64,000 nt of DNA, taken from the NCBI GenBank assembly GCA_029261035.1, contig JAJDCD010000022.1, forward strand, positions 16,063-80,062. The letters are read 5' to 3'. This DNA is from Candidatus Omnitrophota bacterium (GTDB lineage: Bacteria > Omnitrophota > Omnitrophia > Omnitrophales > JACROU01). Shown in pieces: positions 8,723-19,313 of the stretch; the stretch's first letter is position 1, and the number at the start of each line of letters is the position of its first letter. The position numbers were made by a program, and so were the translations under genes. The notes beneath the pieces were generated by a model. It was not told the origin of the DNA and did not search any database. It saw only the letters and a list, made by a program, of their open reading frames with translations.

Positions 8723-10459
8723 ATGGAACAGCCTACTTTTTTTACGGAATTTCTACTTGTTATCGTTGTTGCTACCTGGGTAGCGGTTATCTTTGACCGC
8801 CTTCGCTTGCCCGCAGTTCTTGGGTTTCTCTTGGCTGGCCTTGTTATTGGTCCTCAAGGTTTTTCACTTCTTTCAAGCACTGAAAATATTCATCATTTAG
8901 CAGAAATGGGTGTTGTTCTTTTGATGTTTACCATTGGGCTTGAGTTTTCTGTAGATCACCTTAGGGGTGTTAAAAACATTGCTATTTGGGGCGGCTCTCT
9001 CCAAATTTTAATTTCAATTGGTTTGAGCTTATTGTTTACTTTGTGGTCTTCACTCACATTGTATCAAGGGTTTGTGTTGGGTTCTGTGATTGCGTTAAGT
9101 TCAACAGCCCTGGTTTTAAAATACTTAATCGATAGAGGAGAGGTCGGAACAGAGCATGGGCGTATTGCTATCTCTATTCTTATCTTTCAAGATTTGGCTA
9201 TATTGCCCCTAATGATTTTTACTTCAGGGCTTAGTTTATCTACGGATCAGTTAGCTCAAAATTTGTTTTTTGCTTTTCTGAAAACTTCAGGATTAATTCT
9301 CTTTGTGATTGTCTTTTCTCGATATGTTCTTCCTCATTTATTAAGGCAAATTGCAATGAGTCGAAGTCGTGAGATTTTTTTCTTAACCTCTATTGTAATT
9401 TGTTTAGGGATGGCTTGGGTGAGTGGACAGTTAGGTCTTTCTTTTGCTGTAGGGGCTTTTATCGCGGGGTTTATGTTTGCTAATACGGATTATAAGAGTC
9501 AGATTATGGGAGATGTTATCCCTTTTAGACATGTTTTTGTCAGTATTTTCTTTGTATCCATTGGACTTTTATTTGATATTCATTTTGCGATAGAACATAT
9601 CCTTACTGTGGTTACTGTATTCAGTTTTGTTTTGTTTATTAACTTTGTGTTGATGAGTTTGTTGATTGTCGCTTTTGGTTACCCTCCGCGAGTAGCATTA
9701 GCCGCTGGAATTATGTTATCTCAAATTGGTGAGTTCTCTTTTCTTATCATTGAATCTGCAAGAAATGCGCAAGGAATAGATGAATACTTGTATCAGTTAT
9801 TATTATCTGTCGCTTTTATGACTCTTTTGATTACACCTTTTTTATTTTCTTTAGTTCCTGTGGTGCTGAGAATTTCAGAAAACATTCCGTTTTTTGGTTT
9901 ACCACCCCGCAATTGGAAGAAAAGCAAATTAGAGAAAAACATTGCACTGAAAAATCATTATATTATTTGTGGTTTTGGAAAAGCGGGCGAAGATTTAGCG
10001 ATGACCTTAAAAGAAGAAAAAGTACCTTTTTTGATTATTGAGATGAACCCTCAGAAAGTAAAGAAAGCAAAGAAGTTAAGAATGAAAGCTATTTATGGAG
10101 ATGCTGCTAATGAAGAGGTGATTAAAAGGGCAGGGATTAAAAAGGCGAAGGCCCTTATTGTTAGCTATGTGGACCCCTTTGGTGTGGGGCAAATGATTCG
10201 AATTTCTCAGGGTTTAAATGAGGATGCGGAGATTGTTGTTAGAACACGCTATGAACGGGATGTGGCCAAACTCTATGATTTAGGGGCAGATACCGTTATT
10301 ATTGAAGAGTGGCAATCGAGTTATGAGCTGAATCGTATTATTTTGAGTCAGCTAGAAATTTCTGAGAAAAAAATTAATCATCATTTAGATCGAATACAAT
10401 CCCGTAAAGAACTGCTTGTAGAAGAAGCTATTTTGAAAAAAGATACGGAAGGCTTTTAG
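8723..10459 (+). CDS. CPA2 cation:proton antiporter with TrkA-N (RCK) domain, Kef/YbaL-like
   Basis: About 12-13 TM helices, GVVLLMFTIGLEF, ALSST, LSQIGEFSF, IICGFGKAG, IYGDA. Confidence 0.9.
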   Translation: MEQPTFFTEFLLVIVVATWVAVIFDRLRLPAVLGFLLAGLVIGPQGFSLLSSTENIHHLAEMGVVLLMFTIGLEFSVDHLRGVKNIAIWGGSLQILISIGLSLLFTLWSSLTLYQGFVLGSVIALSSTALVLKYLIDRGEVGTEHGRIAISILIFQDLAILPLMIFTSGLSLSTDQLAQNLFFAFLKTSGLILFVIVFSRYVLPHLLRQIAMSRSREIFFLTSIVICLGMAWVSGQLGLSFAVGAFIAGFMFANTDYKSQIMGDVIPFRHVFVSIFFVSIGLLFDIHFAIEHILTVVTVFSFVLFINFVLMSLLIVAFGYPPRVALAAGIMLSQIGEFSFLIIESARNAQGIDEYLYQLLLSVAFMTLLITPFLFSLVPVVLRISENIPFFGLPPRNWKKSKLEKNIALKNHYIICGFGKAGEDLAMTLKEEKVPFLIIEMNPQKVKKAKKLRMKAIYGDAANEEVIKRAGIKKAKALIVSYVDPFGVGQMIRISQGLNEDAEIVVRTRYERDVAKLYDLGADTVIIEEWQSSYELNRIILSQLEISEKKINHHLDRIQSRKELLVEEAILKKDTEGF

Positions 10460-10512
10460 TTCTTCTCTCAAAGAATTCCTCCTTAGAAAAAATTCATCCA
10501 ATAAAACTCTTT

Positions 10513-10555
10513 AGTGATCTAAGTCACTGTAAGAACTGAATTTCAATGTCATTAT
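10513..10555 (+). promoter_or_regulatory. Crp/Fnr-type box and -10 upstream of the desaturase
   Basis: AGTGA-tctaag-TCACT (10513-10528); CATTAT at 10550, the class II spacing. Confidence 0.65.
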
Positions 10556-10580
10556 GCTCCAAATTAAAAGGAGAATCATA

Positions 10581-11753
10581 ATGAAGCCACCATCGCCGCC
10601 TATTCGTAAAATAATTTGGGTCAATGTTATTTTTTTTGCGATAACCACTTTTGTAGCACTCATAGGAGCTCCTACTTATATCTACAAATATGGGCTTTCT
10701 TTTTTTGATATTACTTTATTTGTATTTTTTATGATAGCAACGGGTTTGTCTGTAACTGCTGGATATCATCGTTTGTTTGCACATACGACTTATCAAACAA
10801 ATCCGATTATTCGTTTTTTGTTCTTGTTTTTTGGAGCAGCTGCTTTTGAGCAACCTGTACTGGATTGGGCATCTCAACATCGAGATCATCATCAATATGT
10901 TGATACGGATGAGGACCCTTATAATATTAATAAAGGATTCTTTTATGCACATATGGGGTGGTTGATGTTTTGGGAGCATGATGTAGATCACTCTAATGTG
11001 AAAGATTTACAGAAAGATCCGATGGTAATGCATCAATCTAAATACTACATGTTGTGGGCTGCCGGTTCTGGGATTATTCTCCCTGTTCTTATTGGAGCCT
11101 TTGCAGGTCATGCTTTGGCAGCTTTTATTTTTGCTGTTTGCTTAAGGCTTACCTTGGTGTATCACGCAACTTTCTTTATCAATTCCATTTGCCACATGTT
11201 TGGGAAATCCACATATGATATTCATCAAACAGCAAGGGACCATTGGTTTATAGCATTTTTAACCTATGGAGAAGGCTATCATAATTTTCATCACGCCTTT
11301 CCAAATGACTACCGTAACGGAGTGCGTTGGTACCAATATGACCCATGTAAATGGTTGATTGCATCTATGAATTATATTGGGATGGCACGGGGTTTGAAGA
11401 GGGCTTCTCGTTTTCGTATTTTGGAAAAACGGTTAGCTGCTGAGAATCAACGAACAAACGAATTGTTGGAGTCTCTGATAAAAGATCCTCGTCTGGCAAA
11501 TGCACTTTCGGTTTTTCAAACGCATTATCAGAAGGTGAAAAATAGTTTGCTGGCTTGGGAGGAAACAGCCAAGGAATATAAGCGTATTTTACGTAAACAT
11601 GTGAGCCTAAATAACTTTAATTTGCGTTCAAAAGCATTTAAAGAGATGAAGTCGACACGATCCCTGTTTCAAAGAAAATATCAGAAGTGGAATCGTCTTA
11701 CGAACAAAGACCCTATTCTTCTGACGCAGTTTCTCTTATCTAAAGCAGCTTAA
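10581..11753 (+). CDS. Delta-9 acyl-CoA/lipid fatty acid desaturase
   Basis: His boxes GYHRLFAH, HRDHH and GEGYHNFHH; NSICH; ATG 10581 follows AAGGAG. Confidence 0.93.
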   Translation: MKPPSPPIRKIIWVNVIFFAITTFVALIGAPTYIYKYGLSFFDITLFVFFMIATGLSVTAGYHRLFAHTTYQTNPIIRFLFLFFGAAAFEQPVLDWASQHRDHHQYVDTDEDPYNINKGFFYAHMGWLMFWEHDVDHSNVKDLQKDPMVMHQSKYYMLWAAGSGIILPVLIGAFAGHALAAFIFAVCLRLTLVYHATFFINSICHMFGKSTYDIHQTARDHWFIAFLTYGEGYHNFHHAFPNDYRNGVRWYQYDPCKWLIASMNYIGMARGLKRASRFRILEKRLAAENQRTNELLESLIKDPRLANALSVFQTHYQKVKNSLLAWEETAKEYKRILRKHVSLNNFNLRSKAFKEMKSTRSLFQRKYQKWNRLTNKDPILLTQFLLSKAA

Positions 11754-11781
11754 TTTATTTTGACCCCGATGAGGTGTTTGT

Positions 11782-11943
11782 ATGCACGAAAATGAAATAA
11801 ATTTCGAAATTAATGAAATCGTTAATATTAAAGGTTTGATCTTTAAGATTGCACTTGTCGATGCTGGAACTCGAAAGATGTGCCTTAAACAAATTTCCAA
11901 AGAAGAAGCAGCTGTCCTTAAAGAAGAAAGTGAAAAGGGCTAA
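11782..11943 (+). CDS. 53-aa hypothetical protein (not in the ORF track)
   Basis: GAGGTG RBS; MHENEINFEINEIVNIKGLIFKIALVDAGTRKMCLKQISKEEAAVLKEESEKG; fills the intergenic gap. Confidence 0.6.
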   Translation: MHENEINFEINEIVNIKGLIFKIALVDAGTRKMCLKQISKEEAAVLKEESEKG

Positions 11944-11966
11944 GCTTTAAGCTGGAGGAGAATATT

Positions 11967-12419
11967 ATGGAAGAAATTCAAAAAGTTGTTTCTAAACATC
12001 CATTTTTTGAAGGTTTGGATGAATGGTATTTGGAACAACTGGCAAGGTATGGCACGTTCGCAGAATATGCTTCGAATGAATTTTTGATTCGTGAGTGTGG
12101 AGAAGCGGACCAGTTCTTTTTGATTCTAGAAGGAAAAGTCGCTGTGGGTTTTGAGAGTGATGGAGGAAACTTTTCAGCAGTGCAGGAGTTAACAGAGAAG
12201 GACATTTTAGGGTGGTCTTGGCTGATTCCGCCTCACCGGTGGCACTTTGATGCTATGGCTAAGACAGAAGTTAAAGTTATTGTCTTTGATGCGAAATACC
12301 TAAGAACTAAGTGCGAGGAAGATCCTAAATTAGGCTATGAAATGCTTAAGCGATTGACGCACTTCATTACCCAGAGGCTATTAGCAACTCGACTTCAGCT
12401 AGCAACTCCTCCTGTATAG
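11967..12419 (+). CDS. Stand-alone cyclic nucleotide-binding (Crp-like) domain protein
   Basis: HPFF, FFLILEGKV, LGWSWLIPPHRWHFDA; no HTH. Confidence 0.85.
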   Translation: MEEIQKVVSKHPFFEGLDEWYLEQLARYGTFAEYASNEFLIRECGEADQFFLILEGKVAVGFESDGGNFSAVQELTEKDILGWSWLIPPHRWHFDAMAKTEVKVIVFDAKYLRTKCEEDPKLGYEMLKRLTHFITQRLLATRLQLATPPV

Positions 12420-12485
12420 GATGAAAGAACATGATTTTAATTTCTTATATATAGAAATGGGGGGTTTTTTGCTATACTCCTACCT

Positions 12486-13148
12486 ATGCTTAAAGACATT
12501 CCATTATTCCAAGATTTAACAGCTGATGAAAGAAAGATTCTCGAGACTTGTTTGCATGAGAAGACCTACGAAAAAGGGGAGGTTCTCTTTTTGGCAGGAA
12601 CTATGTGTAAGCGAGTTTTCTTTGTTGCATCTGGAAAAATTAAGCTTTACAGAACCTCTGCTTCTGGAAAAGAACAGGTTTTAGAAGTTCTGGGTGGAGG
12701 TGAAACATGTGCTTGTAATGCTGAAGCTCAAGCCTTTAGTTGTGCTTCTACGGGAGAGGCCCTTATGCCGACAACAGTCTGGTACTTGTCAAAACCAGAT
12801 TATCTCCGCTTAGTACATGAAAATCCTAATATTGCCCGCAAATTGCTTCAAATCTTAACAGATAAGTTATTTAATATTGGGGGTTTAGTTGAAGAAATTT
12901 CTTTGATGAACGTCAAAGAGCGTCTTGTTAAGTTTCTATTAGATATGCTTAAAGATCAGACGAAGGGCGAAGGTAAAGATGAAGTTTTGATATTACCTTT
13001 CACCCGAGAAGAAATAGCTCACCAACTAGGTTCTGCAAGGGAAACGGTAGCGAGAAACCTTCATCAACTGAAGCAAGACAAGCTTATTGATATAAAACCT
13101 CATCAAATCGTTATTCTTGATAAAAATGGATTAGAAAGTCTCTTGTAA
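12486..13148 (+). CDS. Crp/Fnr-family transcriptional regulator
   Basis: cNMP-like domain plus HTH TREEIAHQLGSARETVARNL (CRP-like RET recognition helix). Confidence 0.93.
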   Translation: MLKDIPLFQDLTADERKILETCLHEKTYEKGEVLFLAGTMCKRVFFVASGKIKLYRTSASGKEQVLEVLGGGETCACNAEAQAFSCASTGEALMPTTVWYLSKPDYLRLVHENPNIARKLLQILTDKLFNIGGLVEEISLMNVKERLVKFLLDMLKDQTKGEGKDEVLILPFTREEIAHQLGSARETVARNLHQLKQDKLIDIKPHQIVILDKNGLESLL

Positions 13149-13247
13149 CTCTACTTATTTATCTTCTGTTTTTCATCTCATTTCATTGAAAATCCTACAA
13201 ATACGACAATTTCTGCCTAAAACTTAAAAATAGTTAATTTACCTGTG

Positions 13248-13290
13248 TGTGACCCATGTCACAAACAGTTTTAAGTAATGGAGCTATACT
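13248..13290 (+). promoter_or_regulatory. Crp-type box and -10 of the nar operon (class II promoter)
   Basis: TGTGA-cccatg-TCACA (13248-13263) and TATACT (13285-13290); box centre at about -41.5. Confidence 0.8.
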
Positions 13291-13344
13291 ATTTTACGAG
13301 TTTGCACTATTCACCCAATTCTTTAGACTCTACGAAGGTGTGTA

Positions 13345-14136
13345 ATGAAGATAAATTTGTTGAGATTCTCAATTTCTCTATTTGTTTTGCTGGTATGTTT
13401 TCATTCTGGTAAGGCATTTGCTATCGATGAAGATATGGTGGATATTGACACGTCGGTTCAACTTTATGTACAGAACTGTTCTGGCTGTCATACCGTTGGA
13501 GGAGGAGAGCTGACGGGCCCTGACTTAAAGGATGTTTCTACATGGTCCCAGAATGATCTATTTCCGGCAGTAAAGAGAATGGAGAAAGAGGTAGGGCCTT
13601 TAACGGATGAAGAAATTCAGAGTTTGGTAGATTTCTTAAAGACTCCAGATGCGGGAGAACGTGTAAAAGCAGAAGAAGCAAAGGTTTCTATGAAGTTCCT
13701 GTCCCAGATGTCACCCGCAGATTCGGAGTTAGGAAAAGAATTATTTTTTGGCGAGAAAAGTTTTGAGAATAAAGGCTTAGCTTGCATTTCCTGCCACGGG
13801 ATATCGGATTACCAAGGAGGCCATTTAGGTCCCGACTTAACAGGGATTTACAAGAAAATGGGTGAAACGGCTTTAGTTTCTGCTAATGAAAAAGCTAGCT
13901 TTAAGATTATGCGAGCGGCTTATAAAGATCACGCTATTACAAAACAAGAAGCGCTCCACTTAACCGAGTTTATGAAAAAAGTTTCTGAAGATCCAAAAAC
14001 GGCATCGGAGTTTAATCCTGTTGTATGGATAGGCTCAGGGTTAGCCTTATTATTTTTTATTGTTCTTTTATTTATACGACCTAAAAGAAAAAAAAGCACA
14101 AGACATAATTTAATTAAAAAAACGAAAAAAGGGTAA
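13345..14136 (+). CDS. Membrane-anchored diheme cytochrome c (NarC-like)
   Basis: Signal peptide (AFA), CSGCH and CISCH each followed by GPDL, C-terminal TM; directly upstream of narG as in Thermus-type nar operons. Confidence 0.85.
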   Translation: MKINLLRFSISLFVLLVCFHSGKAFAIDEDMVDIDTSVQLYVQNCSGCHTVGGGELTGPDLKDVSTWSQNDLFPAVKRMEKEVGPLTDEEIQSLVDFLKTPDAGERVKAEEAKVSMKFLSQMSPADSELGKELFFGEKSFENKGLACISCHGISDYQGGHLGPDLTGIYKKMGETALVSANEKASFKIMRAAYKDHAITKQEALHLTEFMKKVSEDPKTASEFNPVVWIGSGLALLFFIVLLFIRPKRKKSTRHNLIKKTKKG

Positions 14137-14139
14137 ATC

Positions 14140-17100
14140 ATGAGTTGGATAAAAGATATTTTTTCACCTAAAGAAAGATCCTGGGAAGATTTTTATCGCA
14201 ATCGTTGGGCTTATGACAAGATTGTTCGGAGTACTCATGGTGTAAACTGCACCGGATCTTGTAGTTGGAATATTCATGTAAAGCAGGGGATTGTTACGTG
14301 GGAAATGCAAGCTTTGGACTACCCTCAAATTGATAAACAAATTCCTCCTTACGAACCTCGAGGATGTCAGAGAGGGATTTCTTACTCTTGGTATATCTAT
14401 AGCCCTTTAAGAATTAAGTATCCATTAGTGAGAGGGGTTCTTTTTGATTTGTGGAGAGAAGCTAAAAGAAAATATCCAACGGATCCTGTCAAAGCCTGGG
14501 AATCCATTGTAACGAATGAAAAGTCTAGAAAAGAATACCAACAAGCTCGAGGCAAGGGAGGTTTTAGAAGAGTTTCTTGGGATGAAGTCAGTGAGATTAT
14601 GGCTGCAGCTAATCTTTATACAGTGAAAAAATATGGGCCAGACCGATTGGTTGGATTTTCTCCAATTCCGGCGATGTCTATGATTAGTTATGCCGCAGGA
14701 GCTCGTTTTATGCAGCTTATGGGTGGTGTGGCTATGTCTTTTTATGATTGGTATTGTGATTTACCCCCTGCTTCTCCAGAAGTTTGGGGTGAGCAGACCG
14801 ACGTGGCTGAAAGTGCGGATTGGTATCAATCTAGAATGATCGCTGTTGTGGGATCTAATGTATTGATGACGCGTACGCCCGATGCGCATTACTTAGTCGA
14901 AGTGAGGCATCGTGGAAGTAAAGTTGTTGTTTTTTCTCCAGATTTTAGTCAAACCTCAAAAATTGCTGACGAATGGGTTCCAATTCACCAAGGACAAGAT
15001 GGTGCTTTTTGGCTTGCTGTAGGGCATGTTATTTTGAAAGAGTATTTTGTTGATCAAAAAACGGATTTCTTTTTGGATTATCAAAAGAAGTATACGGATG
15101 GACCTTTTCTTGTGGTTCTAAACAAGGGTGATGACGGAGTTTTTAAAGCGGGGTCTTTTTTAAGAGCTTCTGACTTTAAAGAAACACAAGATGAAGAAAA
15201 TGGAGAATGGAAACTTTTTGTTTGGGATCAAAAAACAAATAAACCGGCTATGCCAACAGGAACTGTAGGACATCGTTGGCAGGAAAAGAAAGGGGAATGG
15301 AATCTTAAAATGGAAGATTCTAAAACAGGAGAAAAACTGGATCCTGTTTTGTTTTTTGAAGGAAAAAATGCGGAGCAGGTTTCTGTTCATATGGACGATT
15401 TCTCTCAAGGGTTTGAAACGCAAAGTTTAGAACGTTCTATGTGTGCTCGGAAAATCAAAACGAAAGATGGGGAAGTGTATGTAACCACTTCTATGGAGCT
15501 GATGTTGGCTCAATATGGTGTTAAAAGATCAGAAAATGCTGAAGGGTTATGGCCAGATAGTTATGAGAATGATCTGGTGTATACGCCTGCTTGGCAAGAA
15601 AAGTTTACAGGCATCAAATCTTCAGTAGTGATTAATTTTGCAAGGGATTGGGCTCAGACGGCTATAGAAAGTGAAGGTCGTTGCAGTATTATTATTGGGG
15701 CTGGCGCAAATCACTGGTATCACAATAATCTGATTTATAGAGCGTGTATTAATGCACTCATCTTTTGTGGATGTGTTGGTAAGAACGGTGGTGGTTGGAA
15801 CCATTATGTAGGGCAAGAAAAACTGGCCCCAATGGCTTCTTGGTCTCCTATTGCATTTGGTACGGATTGGGGCGGTCCTCCTCGGCTTCAAAACTCTCCT
15901 TCATTTCACTATATTCATTCGGATCAATGGCGTTATGAGAAAGCATTTGATGAGGTTTGTGCTGTGAGTGAAAAAGATCATCCTATGACAACAGGACATA
16001 CGGCAGATAAGCAGGCTTTGGCTGTTCGTAACGGTTGGCTTCCATGTTTTCCTCAATTTAATAAAAGTAATTTTGATTTAATTAAAGAAGCTCGAGAGGA
16101 TGGAGCAGACGATCCTGGAAAAATAAAAAATTATGTAGTTAAACAATTAAAAGAGCGTAAGCTTTTATTTTCTATGGAAGATCCAGATAACCCCACGAGC
16201 TTTCCTCGTGTTTGGTACATTTGGCGTGGTAATGCTTTGATGTCTTCTGCTAAGGGGCATGAATATTTTTTAAAACATTATTTAGGAACACATTCCAATG
16301 CGATTTCTGAAGAAGTGGCGAAAGAAGATATTAAAGAGGTTGTTTGGCATGACAAGGTAGAGCTTGGAAAAATGGATTTAGTTGTGGATTTAAATTATCG
16401 TATGGATTCCTCTGCACTTTACTCCGATATTGTATTGCCGGCAGCCACTTATTATGAAAAAGATGATTTAAACTCTACGGACATGCATTCTTTTATCCAT
16501 CCTTTACAAGCGGCGGTTCAGCCTTGTTGGGAATCTAAAAGCGACTGGGCTATTTTTCGAGATTTAGCAAAAGCAACTTCTGAAATGTCGGAACAATATT
16601 TTTCAGAACCTGTTGAGGATATTGTTGTAACTCCTTTACTTCATGATACGCCACAGGAAATCACACAGCCCACCGTGAAAGATTGGGCTAAGGGAGAGTG
16701 TGAACCTATTCCGGGAAAAACAATGCCTAATATTCAAGTTGTTCAGCGGCATTATCCTGATGTGTATAAGAAATTTATTTCTTTAGGGCCTAACTATCGA
16801 AATAAGGGGTTGTCAGCTCATGGGTTGAGTTATATGGCAGATGATGAATATGATCGCTTTTGTGAAGAAGAGCCCGTAGAAAAGTGGGATGGAAAGGTCT
16901 ACCCATCTCTTAAAGAAGATAGAGGTGTTTGTGAGATTATTTTAGCTTTTGCTCCAGAAACGAATGGAGAAATGGCTTGTCGCGCTTATGAGGCGGAATC
17001 TAAAAAAACAGGTTTGGATCTCACTCATCTAGCTGAAGACAGCCGTTCCATTAAATATAATTTTAACGATTTAATCGCTTCTCCTAAGAGGGTATTGACG

Positions 17101-17775
17101 ACACCTTATTGGACAGGGGTAACACGAGACAATCGAACGTATAGTGCCTTTTGTCAGAATATAGAACAGTTGATTCCATGGAGAACTTTGACAGGAAGGC
17201 AGCACTTTTATATGGATCATGAGGCGTATCGGGCTTTTGGGGAACATGTTCCTACCTTTAAAATTAGAATGGATGAAAAACAAAGTCGTGATTTGGTTCA
17301 AACAAAAAAAGAACCAGACAGTCTAACTCTAAATTATTTAACTCCACATGGTAAATGGCATATCCATAGTACTTATGGAGACACGCTTCGTATGAAGACG
17401 TTGTCACGAGGAATTGAACCTATATGGTTGAATGATCGAGATGCTGGTTTAGTGGGTGTTTGTGATAATGATTGGGTCGAGGTGACGAATGATCACGGGT
17501 CTGTTGTTACGAGAGCGTGTGTGAGCGCTCGAATTCCAAGAGGTATTTGTTTTATTTATCATGCAGTGGAAAGAACGGTTGGAGTTCCTAAATCACCGTC
17601 GCGTAATTTTAAACGAGCAGGAGGACATAACAGTTTAACTCGAGCTCGATTGAAGCCTTTGTTTATGATTGGGGGATATGCTCAATTTTCATACTTTTTT
17701 AACTATTGGGGTCCTCAAGGAGTTAATAGAGATACTTTTATAAAAATACGCAAACTAGGCAAATTGGTCTGGTAA
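14140..17775 (+). CDS. narG: Respiratory nitrate reductase alpha subunit (cytoplasmic, no Tat signal)
   Basis: RSTHGVNCTGSC, EPRGC.RG, SFYDWYCDLPPASP, WGEQTDV, KGHEYFLKH, TPHGKWHIHSTY. Confidence 0.97.
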   Translation: MSWIKDIFSPKERSWEDFYRNRWAYDKIVRSTHGVNCTGSCSWNIHVKQGIVTWEMQALDYPQIDKQIPPYEPRGCQRGISYSWYIYSPLRIKYPLVRGVLFDLWREAKRKYPTDPVKAWESIVTNEKSRKEYQQARGKGGFRRVSWDEVSEIMAAANLYTVKKYGPDRLVGFSPIPAMSMISYAAGARFMQLMGGVAMSFYDWYCDLPPASPEVWGEQTDVAESADWYQSRMIAVVGSNVLMTRTPDAHYLVEVRHRGSKVVVFSPDFSQTSKIADEWVPIHQGQDGAFWLAVGHVILKEYFVDQKTDFFLDYQKKYTDGPFLVVLNKGDDGVFKAGSFLRASDFKETQDEENGEWKLFVWDQKTNKPAMPTGTVGHRWQEKKGEWNLKMEDSKTGEKLDPVLFFEGKNAEQVSVHMDDFSQGFETQSLERSMCARKIKTKDGEVYVTTSMELMLAQYGVKRSENAEGLWPDSYENDLVYTPAWQEKFTGIKSSVVINFARDWAQTAIESEGRCSIIIGAGANHWYHNNLIYRACINALIFCGCVGKNGGGWNHYVGQEKLAPMASWSPIAFGTDWGGPPRLQNSPSFHYIHSDQWRYEKAFDEVCAVSEKDHPMTTGHTADKQALAVRNGWLPCFPQFNKSNFDLIKEAREDGADDPGKIKNYVVKQLKERKLLFSMEDPDNPTSFPRVWYIWRGNALMSSAKGHEYFLKHYLGTHSNAISEEVAKEDIKEVVWHDKVELGKMDLVVDLNYRMDSSALYSDIVLPAATYYEKDDLNSTDMHSFIHPLQAAVQPCWESKSDWAIFRDLAKATSEMSEQYFSEPVEDIVVTPLLHDTPQEITQPTVKDWAKGECEPIPGKTMPNIQVVQRHYPDVYKKFISLGPNYRNKGLSAHGLSYMADDEYDRFCEEEPVEKWDGKVYPSLKEDRGVCEIILAFAPETNGEMACRAYEAESKKTGLDLTHLAEDSRSIKYNFNDLIASPKRVLTTPYWTGVTRDNRTYSAFCQNIEQLIPWRTLTGRQHFYMDHEAYRAFGEHVPTFKIRMDEKQSRDLVQTKKEPDSLTLNYLTPHGKWHIHSTYGDTLRMKTLSRGIEPIWLNDRDAGLVGVCDNDWVEVTNDHGSVVTRACVSARIPRGICFIYHAVERTVGVPKSPSRNFKRAGGHNSLTRARLKPLFMIGGYAQFSYFFNYWGPQGVNRDTFIKIRKLGKLVW

Positions 17776-17813
17776 ATCGAAGAAATATTTTTACATAACA
17801 AAGGAAAAACATA

Positions 17814-19310
17814 ATGGATGTAAGAGCTCAAACAGCAATGGTATTTCATTTGGATAAATGTATTGGATGCCATACCTGTAGTGTGGCATGTAAGAACATT
17901 TGGACTGATCGCCCAGGTGCAGAATATATGTGGTGGAATAATGTAGAAACAAAACCTGGAACGGGTTACCCCACGCTTTGGGAAGATCAGGTTAATTATA
18001 AAGGTGGGTGGGAAGTTACAGACAAGAGAGAACTAAAACTTAAAAGTCAAAACAAGAAAAATTTTTGGCTGAAGATGTTCTATAACCCTAACCAACCTAC
18101 ATTGGATGATTATTACGAACCATGGACTTATGAATATAAGCATTTAACAGATGCTAAGCTAGGAGATGATCAGCCTACAGCTAGACCGATTTCTCAAATC
18201 ACTGGGGAGCCTATTGATATTGAAGCGGGGCCCAACTGGGATGATGATTTATCCGGTTCTCCTATCTATGCCGAAAATGATCCTAATTTAAGCCAATTGT
18301 CAGAAGATGAGAAAAGAATGCTTTTTGAAATCGAAAGTATTTCAATGATGTACTTACCCCGCATTTGTAATCACTGTGCAAACCCAAGTTGTGTAGCTGC
18401 TTGTCCTTCTGGGGCATTGTATAAGCGAGGGGAAGATGGGATTGTACTTGTGAATCAAGATGTTTGTCGTGGTTGGAGAAATTGTGTAGCCGCATGCCCA
18501 TATAAGAAAATTTATTTTAATTGGAAAACAGGAAAATCTGAAAAATGTATTTTGTGTTACCCCCGAATAGAAACGGGGCAGCCTCCAGCATGTTTTCATA
18601 GTTGTGTTGGGAGAATCCGTTATATGGGTGTTTTGCTTTATGATGCAGATCGTGTTGAAGAAGCGATGAAAGCGCCTTTAAATTCTCTTGTGGAGTCGCA
18701 AAGAAGTGTTTTGTTAGATCCTTTTGACCCTGAAGTTATTAAAGGAGCTAAAGAAAACAATATTAGTCCTGAAATGATTGACTCTGCACAGAATTCACCT
18801 GTATGGAATTATGTGATGAAGTGGAAATTAGCCTTACCTCTTCACCCGGAGTTTCGCACACTTCCTATGTTGTACTACGTTCCACCGTTACTTCCTGTAA
18901 TGGGGAAAATAGGGGACGGTATTTACGAGCATAAAACGGAAGACTTTTTTGCTTCAATAGAACAAGCGAGGCTTCCTATGAAGTTTTTGGCTTCTCTTTT
19001 CAGTGCGGGGAACTTAAATGAAATTAGAAGTGTCATGAAAAAACTTTTAGCGATACGACATTTCAAAAGAGCGGAATCTAGAAAAGAATTGGGCTCTGAC
19101 AAGATAAGAAAGATTCTTCATGAATCAAGAATGGACCCAGAAGAAGCAGAAGCAATCTATCAATTAACTTCTTGCCCTGGACCTTACGAGCGATTTGTTT
19201 TACCGCCTCTTCAAAGAGAAGAAGCGATGGAGGGTGGGGAAGAATGCCCTGAGTCTTGTAAAGGGAGTTGTGGCTTAGGAGATGTTCAAACACCAAAGCG
19301 AGGGTTATAA
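17814..19310 (+). CDS. narH: Nitrate reductase beta subunit
   Basis: DKCIGCHTCSVACK, PRICNHCANPSCVAACP, CRGWRNC..ACP, KCILCYPR. Confidence 0.97.
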   Translation: MDVRAQTAMVFHLDKCIGCHTCSVACKNIWTDRPGAEYMWWNNVETKPGTGYPTLWEDQVNYKGGWEVTDKRELKLKSQNKKNFWLKMFYNPNQPTLDDYYEPWTYEYKHLTDAKLGDDQPTARPISQITGEPIDIEAGPNWDDDLSGSPIYAENDPNLSQLSEDEKRMLFEIESISMMYLPRICNHCANPSCVAACPSGALYKRGEDGIVLVNQDVCRGWRNCVAACPYKKIYFNWKTGKSEKCILCYPRIETGQPPACFHSCVGRIRYMGVLLYDADRVEEAMKAPLNSLVESQRSVLLDPFDPEVIKGAKENNISPEMIDSAQNSPVWNYVMKWKLALPLHPEFRTLPMLYYVPPLLPVMGKIGDGIYEHKTEDFFASIEQARLPMKFLASLFSAGNLNEIRSVMKKLLAIRHFKRAESRKELGSDKIRKILHESRMDPEEAEAIYQLTSCPGPYERFVLPPLQREEAMEGGEECPESCKGSCGLGDVQTPKRGL

Positions 19311-19313
19311 GTC

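Noticed and set aside
14140-19310. NarGH read as a periplasmic Nar or Nitrospira/anammox-type nitrite oxidoreductase because of the adjacent bc genes
   Set aside because: NarG has no twin-arginine leader, and narJ, narI and two narK genes are present, which fits a cytoplasm-facing Nar. Reaction direction cannot be proven from sequence.
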